Assembly: GCA_020536535.1 (NCBI GenBank)
Contig: JAHLWZ010000073.1
Location: 1 to 52,920, forward strand
Origin: Pelomyxa schiedti
Taxonomy: Eukaryota; Protista; Evosea
Length of the DNA: 52,920 nt
Direction: 5' to 3'
Below are positions 19,418 through 31,136 of the stretch, one piece after another; position 1 is the first letter of the stretch; each line of letters opens with the position of its first letter. Below the pieces are notes generated by a model. The model was not told where the DNA came from and searched no databases. It saw only the letters and a program-made list of their open reading frames with translations. Position numbers and translations under genes: made by a program.

Positions 19418-22026
19418 CTACATAATGTCAGACATAAGGCTACTCAGTGCAGAACGGATATGGGGTACTGCGGAAGTAGGTGGCAACAGTCCATAGGCAT
19501 TGCACACGTCGTGGAATGCATTCAGCATTTCAGGTGGTAGGCAGTAATTCTGTCCATGTGGTTGAGGATGGTAGCCAATGGGTCCAATGTTGGCCGATGG
19601 GTCAAAAACCGTCACGTAAGTTTTGTCTGTGGTGAAGGAAATGAGCCGGCGTTGGTCACATGTGACCCCGACAAGCATCCCCGATATCCTTTGTATGCTC
19701 TGTTTTCAGGAGTTAGTTGCAGGATTATCACAGATCGTTGCATACTCGAAGTGCTTGCATGCTTAGGGGGTGTGACTTGAGTAATTGCAGTTTTTGTTGT
19801 TTGAGACTGCTCGATTGGACAGCCGGATCTTCCAATCGAGTTTTCGCACTGTCCAGATCAGATTTGTTAACAGGAAGTTGTTGCTGTGCATTTTGTGCTG
19901 AATGTAACTGAGCTTTCAGAGTTACTATCTCTCGTTTTGCTGCTTCTAGCTCGCCCTTAAGGTATTCTGAATATATTCCGGTCATCTCATCACCCCGCAG
20001 AATTGTTTGTGCAACATCTACATGCGGTCGCTTGTGGGGGTCACCAGCCAACAAGCTTTTAATGAGTTCCTGTAATTTTAAAAGGGTCCTGGGAGATATG
20101 GTAATATCTCCCGCAACTGCAGGGAACTGTATATTCTCGCAATCAGTAGAATAATTACCCACAATGCCATATCCATTGGGGTAATCAGGAAATGCGTCGC
20201 CTCCATAAATTATCTCGTAGATTAGCAAGCCAAGTTCCCAAGGAGGCTGCCCACCAACCCAAGTTTTTCCTAGAGGATTGCTGCAGACAGAGTTGAGGAT
20301 CTCCGGGGCCTTGTGGCACATGTTTCCTTGTGTTAAATCACTGCATGATGCCATCCATGTTGAGTCCAGTTCTTTCGCACAGCCAAAATCACACACAACC
20401 AACCAGAGGTGATTTCTTTCCTCACAAACAAGGATGTTATCTTTTTTTTTTTTTTTTTTCACGTAAGATTTGATAAAGAAGAACCACGAACCTAATTTCA
20501 TATCCAGGTGTACAACATGAAACTTGCACATGTGAGTGAGAGCTTCGCATAGATCCAAACAAAATCCAAAGAGTAGTGACAAAGGCACAGTGGATGATTC
20601 TGTGAGGTACTGCTTTAATGTTCTTGGGTAGTACGTCATTGCCACAAACGTTGTCATTCTCCGTTTTCTTGTACCATGGTCATTGTACTCCATCGTGTCT
20701 CGAATTGATGGATCCACAAAATGAAGAACCTCGTCGATTATTCTCTCATTAAACTCATGCAGTAGCCTGACAATGTTGGGGTGTGGCGGTAAAGTGTGCT
20801 TGAGGATCCCGTACTCTGACACGAATGGATTCCGTGTAAGAACGGTGTTGGACCCAAACTGGAAGTTGAAAATGCACTTCAGAGCAAATACACGTTCTTC
20901 CTCAGCGGACGCGGACATTTTTGTACTGACGAGAAGAACCAGTCCTAACATGAGCTTAGTTTTGGTTAGTTTACCATGGGCAGTTCAACCATTGCACCCC
21001 TGCCCAATCTTCTTAACTATCTGAAGTCTTCCTGCCTCTATCAACTGACCAGGGGCAGAACAAGCTTTTAGAAAAGAAGTCTGTGGTTTGGCAGCAGGTA
21101 AATTTTGAAACAGTGCTAGCATTGGCTCTGAGTTGAGTGAGACTTCGGTTGTGCCAAGTCTAAGTGATTGCAGAGATGATACTGCACCCTCCAGGGGATT
21201 GCGGGCAGCGGAGATTGGTGGCTGTAATACTGGTGTTACAGCAGGATCATGTACTTCAATATGTGTACTTTCTCTGTTTACTGCAGCTTCACTCGTACTT
21301 AGAGTAGGATCAATTTGCAGGGAATTTGACGTTACAGTTTGTATTCCTAGTGGTGTCTTCACTATTATTTTATTTCTTGGGGCCAAAGGAAGAATGGAAG
21401 AGGGCTGCTTAACGTAAACACCACACAGACTTGTTTCTGTCTGAACCAGGTTAGACTTCCAATAGGTCCTGTCATCAAATGACCAGTAATCCTTCAAGTA
21501 AAGTTTACATGGGATACGGTAGTGACACGGGATGTACCTCTTTGAATCTGACTTCCACAAAAAATTTGATTTTACTCAGGCTCAGAGAATAGGGGGCACA
21601 CCTCGCAGCGAGGTCCCAGGTGTCTCCATAGTCATTTTGCAAGGTCCGTTGAAGAATGGAAGGAGGATGTGGTGTGATAACGACGAGAGTGTGTTGCAAG
21701 TCCTGGGACGTAGGGAGCGAAGACACGCGCAAGCAGTCGCATGTAAGTGAGCATAGAACGTTTGCGAACCAGTCTCCAAAGTTTGCAGAGTCCGTGGGAG
21801 ACGGTTCAAGTACGCTCATGCCAACGGCAACCAGCTCTGCTATCTTTCTTTGGCATCTTTTCAAAGACTCGGGCCCCAGCAGCTCTGACTGTTCTGTCAT
21901 CCCTCCCAGCAATTCGTCCCGTAGCTGGACAAACGCCCAGCCAGAAGATGGTTGGCATCTGAGGGCGTGCAGCATTTGTATTGCCATCGTTTTTTGCACC
22001 CGCGATGTATCGGTTTCGTGGGCCAT
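19418..22026 (-). CDS. PINK1-like Ser/Thr protein kinase with long N-terminal extension and C-terminal coiled coil
   Basis: KKIGQGCNG, FALKCIFN, PPHPNIVRL, AMTYYPRTLKQYL, HLDMKL|DNILV (in-frame intron), VVCDFGCA, GNMCHKAPE and PWELGLLIYE. Start position uncertain. Confidence 0.75.
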
Positions 22027-22103
22027 TACGAAGTTCGTCCTTACAGTAAAAAAAAACTGTTTTGTTGTGTTCTATGAAGCGTCATGGATCGCTGACGGCG
22101 CTA

Positions 22104-25100
22104 ATGGAGACTAAGATAGTGGTGCTTGACGGTGCTATGGGCACACAACTGGGTTCCTTGAATCTAACGGAGACAGACTACCGAGGTCAGTTTTTTTTAG
22201 TTTAGGGGTGGATGGCTATGTATGTAACCCTTTTCTGTGTTTTTCTAATTTAAAAAACAAAAAACAAAAAGGTGTTATGTTCAAGGACCATTGTTGTGAT
22301 TTGAAAGGCAATTTCGATGTTCTCAATTTGACTAGACCAGATATTGTGAAAATGTGCCATATGGTTGCTATTCCCTGCACTTGTTGAGTAGCCATTAATG
22401 AAATGGTAGAAATACCTCCTTGCTGGAGCAGACATAATCACTACAAACACGTTCAATAGCACACATGTTGCTCAAAAGCACTACAGTATCTCACCGGATG
22501 TGGCCCAATCAATGGCACATATGGGTGCCAAACTTGCTGTGGAGTGTGCACAATCTGTACGAAGTTCTGGAAAGGTTGCATTTGTGGCAGGATCCTTGGG
22601 ACCAACACCTGTGTCAGTTTCAATTGTTATGGGTCCAGATCAGCCATACAATCGCAGTGCTAGTATTGACCCCTTTTGAAAACTAGTTTCCTGAAATTTG
22701 CATTACACTCAGCTTTTGCACTGCTTGCTGACAGCTATCAAAGGGAAGCAGATGTGCTGATACAAGCAGGAGTAGATATTATTTTGATTGAAACAGTCTT
22801 TGATACTTTGAACTGCAAGGCTACTGTGTTCTAGTCTGGTGCCTTTTAATGTTCAAATGCAGGCAGCAATTTTTGGAGTAAAAAAGGCTTTTGCAAGTGC
22901 CTCCTTAGAACTTCCTCTTTGGGTTCCTTCATGTTCACTCTCTACTCATTGTTTGACTTCTCATCACTCATGAACTCAGATATCTGTGGCTCTTGACAGT
23001 GTATCTGGCCGCACAATGAGTGGCCAGAATATCCAAGCATTTTGGGCCAGTATCGAGCATTCCATGCCTTTTTGGTACTCCTCGCTTGCATGTGTTTGAA
23101 AAAATGACTGTGTAGTATTGGGTTGAACTGCTGCCTTCCCGCTAAGGAACTAGCACTGCATCTCAGAACCTTGTCAAGGATTGCTCCATGTTGTATTGGT
23201 GCTTATCCAAACACTGGGGAATCCTGTTTAGGGTACCTTGAAGTCAGTTACAACCTTGACACCTTACATTTTCTAGTAAAACCGAGTCCCCTGAGGAATT
23301 TAGCAATCTAATGGGGCACCTCTGTTGTGAAGGGTATAGTCGCTGATAGTCTTTTTAATCTCATTGATTTCAGGCTGCTCAATATTGTAGGAGGGTGCTG
23401 TGGTAGCTCTTTTATTCACATTTCTGAGCTTGCCAAAGTTAGTTTTAACTCAAGTCTGTTCGTACTTGTTGAAAATAATAGGCTGTCTCCACAATAACCC
23501 CACGTCATACACCACCAAGATCCAGTCATTTGTGGCTCAGTGGTTTGGATGTTACTCTACTTGACCATTCGTCATTCATAAAAATTGGTGAGCAGTGCAA
23601 TGTGTACGGATCCAGATTTTTCTCTCAGCTTATAAAGCAGAATAAATTCGAGGTAAATAGACCATGTTTAACTGTGCTGATTTTTACCCCTATTTTAGGA
23701 GGCGGCCTGTGTTGCCCGGAGCCAAATTCAGTCTGGGGCTGAAATGATTGACATAAACACAGATGATGCCCTATCTGATAGTGTTGGGAAAATGAGTGCT
23801 TTTATTAATCAGCTTTCCTCTGATCCCGCCATTGCAAAGGTTTGCGCTTTTTCCTATTCTATTCTGCTCAATTTGTAAACTACTAGTACCCCTTTGTAAT
23901 TGATTCAGCTGATATAGCGGTAGTAGAAGCAGGGTTGCAACGCATTCAAGGGAAAGGAATAGTTAACAGTCTCAGGTTGGCACATGAATTCGGGGGTAAG
24001 AACTAATAAAAGCAGTTTGAAGGATGGAGAGGACATCTTTTTACAAAAAGCTAAACTCTGCAGAGAATATGGTGCATCTATCATTGTGATGGCTGTGTGT
24101 TGATTCAAAATATTTACAAAACGCAAACAAAACAAAATCTAAATAAAAGTGTGACGAAACTGGACCGGCTGAAACAGCTGAAAGGAAAGTTGAGATTTGT
24201 AGACGATCTGCTAGGTTATTGGCCCACATTGGGGTTCCATTACACGAAATTATCTTCGACATGAATGTGATGACATTGGCAAGTGGAACTCGTATTTCCC
24301 TTTCCCTTCGTTCCACCCAAAATAATGGAACAAGGGACCAACAATGCTGTGGAATTTTTTGAGGCATTAAAAGGGCTCAAAAGAGAGTTTCCACTGAGCT
24401 ATGTACGTGTTAAAAGTGGCAAAAAAATTCTGAAGAAATAAGACAATAGGTGGTGTATCCAATATATCTTATCCCTTTCGGGCATTACCTTCACTGCGAC
24501 AAGCAATCACTTCTGTGTTTCTGGTGACCCAGTCAATTTTTCTCCCTAAGGGTATTAATAAAGCCACTCTTAGTTCCATGCAATAAAAGCTGGATTGGAT
24601 ATGGCAATCATGAATGTAACATCAGCTACTGACTTTAATTCGATTCCACAGGAGCAGAGACTCTTAATTGAAAAACTAATTTTTGACCAAAAGTAAGCTC
24701 CTTTGCAAATTTCCAAGCATTAATGATATTACTAGCAGCAGCGAAGATACTGCGGAAACGCTCATACACCATGCCCAACATCATAGTCCCTCACATCTTC
24801 CTATTTTACTGCAGTCACCATCCATCCCTGCATCTGACAGGTTTAAGGCCCGTTACCAGTTTTGGTGGAGCTGAGCATCAAAATAGGCTCACCTTAGCAA
24901 TAGCTAAAGGCGACATCACATGTCTTAAATCTGACTTGGAGGAAGCCCTCCAGCACAACACTGCCAGCCAAATTCTGGAAGGTCCTCTATTATCTGGGCT
25001 TGTGCAAGTGGGGAGTTTATTTGGAGATGGGGTAATCTTTCTGCCCCATCTGCTTCGGGCCTCAAGGTGACTTAAATTGATACAATAACACACCTATTAA

Positions 25101-27025
25101 TTGCGTTTATTCAGAGTTATGCACCAAGCTGTAGAAATTCTCAAAACTACCACAGCACAATTTGAGTTTCAGAAACCTCGTGGAACCATCATTTTAGCGA
25201 CGGTTAAAGGAGATGTGCACGATATTGGGAAGTGCATTGTAGGTACTGTTATGGCGTGCAGCAACTTCAAGGTTGTTCCTATTATTTAAAAAAAAGCTTT
25301 TAGTTTACAGTACAAGGTTGTAGATCTTGGAACTCAGTGTGAGGCTAGCACTATTGTGAGCCAGGCATGTGAACAGAAAGCAGATTTTATTGGTGTGTCG
25401 GGGTTAATATCACCGTCACTCTTCCAAATGGAATTACTTGCCCAAGAGCTCGCTCGAAGAAAGTTTCATGTGGGGGTCTTTGAACTTTGTGAGATATTCT
25501 AATGCCAACAAGATCCCTCTACTCATTGGTGGTGCCGCCACATCAGAGCTCCACACGGCCGTGAAGTTAGCACCTCTCTATGCACCTCTTATTCATATCA
25601 GAGATGCTTCATTATGCGTTCCTATTGTATATGCCTTAGAAGCCTCAACCCAACTAACAATCTATGAGGTGTCGACTCTCATGAATCCTCAGACACGACT
25701 ACATTTGTTAGATACTATCAAATCCAAGCAGCAGACACTACAGAAGGCATACGCGACTTCAAGAAATGTACCATTTTCTTATTCTTTGAGGTTTTTTTCA
25801 TGCGATTTTTTCAGTCACTAGAAGTTCTCCCTTTCCAACAAGCTAGGGAAGCAAAACTAATATTAGATTGGAGCCGGAGCCAACCAAGGATGCACTTTAC
25901 TGGAATTGAGGTAAAAATTTACTATATTGAAGCTTTATTTAGCCACATATATTCCAGATCATGAGAGATTATGATGTTTCACAAGTAAAGTCGAGAATCA
26001 ATTGGAACTTATTTTTTTCTTTCTTTTCCTTGAAGGGAACAGCACCAACAAATAAATATCCAGATATTTTATGTGACCAAAAGGTAAGAGGTTTTTTTTT
26101 TTGTAAATTCCTTAATTTCACCTGGAAATAGGTTGGGGGTGACGCTAGGGCTGTATTTGACTGTGCTCAGACTTTACTCCTGCGGTGTGAAGAACAAAAT
26201 ATCATTCCACTTCATGCAGTCTTGGGTTTGTTCCCTGCAAATAGCGTCGAAGAAGATGTCGAGGTTTGTGTTATTGAATCGGTTTTTATAATATCTATCA
26301 GATTTATGATGATGAGTCCCGTGCCAAACCAAAATGTGTTTTTCATGGTTTAAGACAACAAACACACAGCAATGAACATTGTTTGGCTCTTGGCGATTTT
26401 ATTGCTCCCAAAGGCTCCGGAATTCTGGACTACATAGGTTACCTACTACAATTCATTTCAGCAATTTCTCTGACTCACAGTTAAGGTGTCTTTGCCGCAA
26501 CAGCTGGTACCAAGATGGAAGCCCTTGTCACACAACTAAACTCAGAAGGAGATACCGAGAGTTCCCTGGTTGCTGAAGCACTTTCTCACCGATTGGTTAC
26601 TCTCCGATTTTCAGGCTTCTTTTTGATGTTTTTCAGGTAGAGGCTCTCATGGAGACTGTGCATCACAATTTCCTTCAGTATTGTAACCTACCAGTATGTT
26701 TACTCACAATCGGAGGTCAATTCATCACTTTCCACAGAAAGGCATAAGACCAGCGTTTGGCTTTCCTCAGCTTCCGGACCATAGTGAGAAAGAAGCCGCC
26801 TTAGCCCTGCTAGATGCTGAGCGAGCCATTGGTGTTCATCTGATCCCAGGGTCCTACGCGATGTCGCCTTGCGCATCCTCTTGTGGTATGTTTCTCCTTC
26901 ATCCAGAAGCGGAATACTTCGGTGTTGGGTGCATTGGAGAGGACCAGTTACAGCACTATGCCAAAAGAAAGGGAGTTGTTCCCTCTGCTCTAAAATCTGT
27001 TCTCGCATGTGCAGTAGTTGACTAG
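22104..27025 (+). CDS. MTR: Cobalamin-dependent methionine synthase (MetH type), many introns
   Basis: [10 protein letters not shown] start, GLNCC and GGCCG zinc-ligand motifs, pterin domain ([18 protein letters not shown]), B12 motif [21 protein letters not shown] and activation domain [17 protein letters not shown]...[10 protein letters not shown]. Stop at 27023-27025. Confidence 0.96.
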
Positions 27026-27224
27026 CAAGTCCAACTACAAGAAACAACAGAAAAGACTAGGGAAAAAAAACAAAGAATAATAAAGGCATATTTGTTATAT
27101 TTCACAAAGTACTTTGTGTCTATTCACATTCTTTGGTACAAAGTGGTAAACTTTTTTTTTCCACCAGTCCCCTTTCACAGGGAACCAGGCATAAAACCAC
27201 TTTCAGTCTGGTTCCAATTCCCAG

Positions 27225-28249
27225 TCAGTTTCTTGCTGTGGTGTTGTTGCTGTTAGAGCATCCACAAACAAGGCTTCCATCCCAGGTGTCAGCCACCTCC
27301 TTGTCCGTGCACTCATATAAACGGTTGGAGCGGGTCTCCCAGCGAACTCCAGCAGAATTCTCTTCCACTACTACATATTTGTACTCGAATCGCATTCCGC
27401 GTACTGGAAGGGTAATTTTCCAGATGTTTCCGTCGGTCCACTGCATCTTGTTGGTCTCGGTGATTTGCCAGGATCCAAGAAGCGTGTGGCTACCCACGAT
27501 GTGTAATTGTTGCCCGTATCTGAGATAGGAATTAGCCGAAATGAGAATGGGAATAGGAAGGAATTCTACCTTGCAACAAAGTGGATAGAGAAAGTGACCG
27601 AGAGCAGCTTCTTGCCATAGGCAATAAGCTGGTGCCTGAAGCCGATATTTGGGCAGATAATAGGGCGAGCTCGGTGCACCATTCTAAAAGCAGTGGCGAA
27701 ATCCACGCAGCGGGTGTACATAAGGTAAGCGATCACGATTGATGCGCTTCTCGAGACACCCATAACACAGTGGACAAGAACATTGCCCACTCTTCTGCCG
27801 GCATCAATAAATGCGTTTGTTTGGTTGAAGTACTGGGCGATATTCTGCTGCGCATCGTCCAGAATGCTATTGTTTGGGTTATTACTTGAACGAAACCTTA
27901 TTCTTATCATTATGAATAATATAAAAGAGAAAAGTAGATACAGAATGTAAAAAACTTACTCTACGACTAGACAATTGACGTTTGGCGGGAAGAGTCTCTT
28001 GTACTGCACGAAATCAGGTACGAGAGTGACAGTGAGAACGTGAGTGATGTTGAGTCGTGTTATGGTCTTCTTGTTATACGCGTCCTTCTCGTCGCCGAGG
28101 TAGAGGTGGTCCATAATAAGGTCGGGAGCAGCTCTTGGGGCGTAATTAGTGCTCGAGGGACCCGAGGTGTGTCCACCACAGGGAACTGCAGCAGGCGAGA
28201 AGTAATTGCCGCTGTTGGGTGCAACATATTCGCATACTTTGGCTTCCAT
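27225..28249 (-). CDS. Dual-specificity phosphatase fused to C-terminal CBM20 starch/glycogen-binding module
   Basis: Three exons, two GT-AG introns. DSP: IMDHLYLGD, ILDDAQQNI, VLVHCVMGVSRSASIVIAYLM, CPNIGFRHQL. CBM20: VTFSIHFVAR|YGQQLHIVGSHTLLGSW, MQWTDGNIWKITL, FEYKYVV, WETRSNR, DTW. Confidence 0.9.
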
Positions 28250-28915
28250 TGTGTGAGCCGTTTGTGTTAGTGCTGTTTGTTTTTTTGTTTCGTTGTCTGG
28301 GGTTTTTCGATTTGTTGTTTTTGTTTGGTGAGTTGGGCTGTTTGTTTATAAAGAAGGCGATTCGCGAATTAGTGCCTAGGTGGATTGTTTGGAATACGAG
28401 GAAAATGATGGATTTTAATTGATCTTCGACGTTCTTGTCTTTTTGACGTCAAATTTAGGAGATCTTCGACTCATCAAGGAAAAAACCCGTTTTGTTCAAT
28501 GATCACAACCTATCGAGATTGGATTTGCTAGCAAGTTTTCTGAGGCAGTACAGCCGGAATCGATTGATCCTCGTGCGCGACAGTGATTAGGGCGCCTCGG
28601 CAAGCGAGCGGCATGACGAGGAAGCCAGGGAGGTGAGAATAGACCCAAAGTTCCTCTACGGGACGTTTGACACTCCCCTTTTGGAGTGGGACTAACCCGA
28701 ATTTGGGCAAGCTTGTCCCCCGACTTCCCAATTGAAACTGGACCTGTTGGTCTCTTCTGTCCCCTCAACCCACCTCCCGCACAAGCTGATCCTCCATCCA
28801 GGGGAGATGATTCCCGCTCTTCGAATTTCCATCCCAGCCCCCGCTTTCCAGTCCCAAGTTTCGGTATTTCGATTTCCAGGTTGGGGAACCTTCCGCGTGT
28901 CGGTTCGCCCAGCAA

Positions 28916-30962
28916 ATGGATCAATTGCGTCAGGCTCTTACCTGTCCTGTATGTCTCGGCGACTACGCGTCGGAGGGACCCAAGGAGCCTCGCCTGCTTA
29001 CAGGGTGCTCGCACTCCCTGTGTAGCGAGTGCCTCGCCACCCTTTTATCCGTCGCTTCTGCTTCTGCTTCAGCAGCTGTATCCTCCTGTCACACCACCAC
29101 TAGTACTAGTGCCAGGGGTGTTGGTGTTGTGTGCCCCTTGGATAGGGTGGTGTCTGTGGCGAATCCAGCTTTGGGAGTGGACCAGGTTGGCGGTTGGTTC
29201 CTGGTCACATACATTCGCTTCGGGCCTTTTTTCTTTCTTTCTTTCTCTTTTTCTTTTTCTTATTATTAACAATATTATTATCATTGGAGCTTATTGCCTC
29301 GCAATTTCCTACCAGTTCAAAAAAAACTACGCTCTGCTCGATGTAATCAATACACTGTCAATGCTACCAAAAAGCCCTGTTGCAACGACCAGTGCCTCTA
29401 CTGCTGCCTCCAAGTCTTCAACTGTGTCAAGTCCATGTGCACAGGGCGAGCCCAACTCTGCCCGTATGTCTCTCGTTATATCAAATTAGGCCTCAATTTA
29501 TTGCCCCTCTCCCAGATTCTTATGCTTTATATGCATGGGGTTACAATAGACATGGCCAAGTTGGAGCTGGCGATTTGGTTGACAAAAAACAGCCTGTTCA
29601 TGTCACCTCCCTACCACTACTATCAGCACGTTCATCGATTTCTGCGGGGGGAGGCCACAGCGCCCTACTACTAGGTTATTAGCTGTACTTAGTTACTTGC
29701 AATAGCACGCTTACATCCACACAGAGAATGGAGACGGCTACCTCTGGGGTCGAAACATGAAAGGTGAAGTTGGTTACCGAGAAACTGAAGGAAGACCGAA
29801 TATGACACCCGTTATTCCCACTCTGCCAACACGAGTCAGAATGACTATGTTATGCTGCGGAGCACACCACACGATTGCAGCTATTCAGGGATCATCTGAT
29901 CTGCTCGTATGGGGAGACAACACGCATGGGCAACTTGGCCTTGGCAAACCATTCGAGCCTCGATTTTCTCCTGTTTTCCTTTCTATGAGTTTATATATAG
30001 GTCGTTCCGACACAATAGCTAGTCTGAGCGCCGGCTGCTACCACTCTGTTGCAGTACTTGGTATGATTTGAATATGAGTATCCGATAGCTAACAGCAATT
30101 TTGAAAGGAAACGGTTCTATTTTTGTATGGGGTAGGAACCACAACAACCAAATTGGGTCGCCCCTCAGAGATCAGGAAGGAATGAAATCCACACCTACTC
30201 TCCTGGATGCACCTGGAATTTCATTCCGCAGTGTGGCATGTGGATGCCGACATACTGTTGGATTAACAGGTAGCAGCACTAACATGCTACAGTTTAGAGC
30301 TTGATAAGCATATTAAGATATCTCCAAAAAAACAAAAAAAAAGTGCAAGGAGAGGTTGTCACGTGGGGAGGAAACCGTTGTGGAGAACTTGGAAGGCCTA
30401 CATCAGAAGCTACATCATCTGTTCCAAAGGCACTGTCTTTACCTGGTCCTGTGAGGTCCATTCAATGTGGATGTCATCACACAATTGCACTTCTTGGTTT
30501 GTACATAAATTTGCTCTTCGAAATCTAATATTAAATGAACAGAGTCTGGCATTGTTATGGGGTGGGGATCCAACAGATTAGGCGAAACTGGGCGAACAAA
30601 CGTTCGCCGGCACAACCCTGTTCCGACCCCCGTTTTTGATCACACATTTCTTCACAGAAAAGTAACCACAATTGCCTGCGGTGGATACCACACCTGCTTC
30701 ATACTTGGTTTCTTCCCTCCTTTTTCCTCTTACCTCTGTTTTCCTCCCCCACCACTACATAAATACTAGTACTCCTTATCTCCTTTACTTGAATTAACCC
30801 ATTTCCACAGACACCGGAACCTTGTGGTACATTGGGTCAGTTGGAGCCCCAATTGCCGCGCCTGGCGTACCTGTTTCTGTGAACTTCCCTGTGCGTGACT
30901 ACGAAGTGATAGCAGTCTGTTGTGGCTGGAGTCACACCATTGCACTCTTGGAATTTCCTTGA
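28916..30962 (+). CDS. RING-finger plus RCC1-repeat protein (candidate E3 ligase)
   Basis: CPVC...CSHSLCSEC...CPLD RING followed by KKNYALL. About 6-7 RCC1 blades (YAWGYNRHGQVG, ISAGGGHS, VWGDNTHGQLG, VACGCRHT, WGGNRCGELG, IACGGYHT, VCCGWSHT). TGA at 30960-30962. Confidence 0.88.
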
Positions 30963-31136
30963 CAAACACTAAGGACAAGGACTGGTCTTTGTTTTGTTGT
31001 ACACGGGACAAAGCACAAGGAGCTGAACAAGCCACAAACTACAGAGATAGAAAAAGAAAGTGGTGAAAAAGCCACATTTTTGTGGAATTTTGTTGTATTT
31101 ATTCATGGTTTTTGGCGGTGTTGGTGGGTATTAACA

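Noticed and set aside
29294-29674. Cys-rich ORF resembling a B-box after the RING
   Set aside because: The splice phase (CAG|TTC) and the typical post-RING KKNYALL motif select a different frame, so the Cys pattern is an off-frame shadow.
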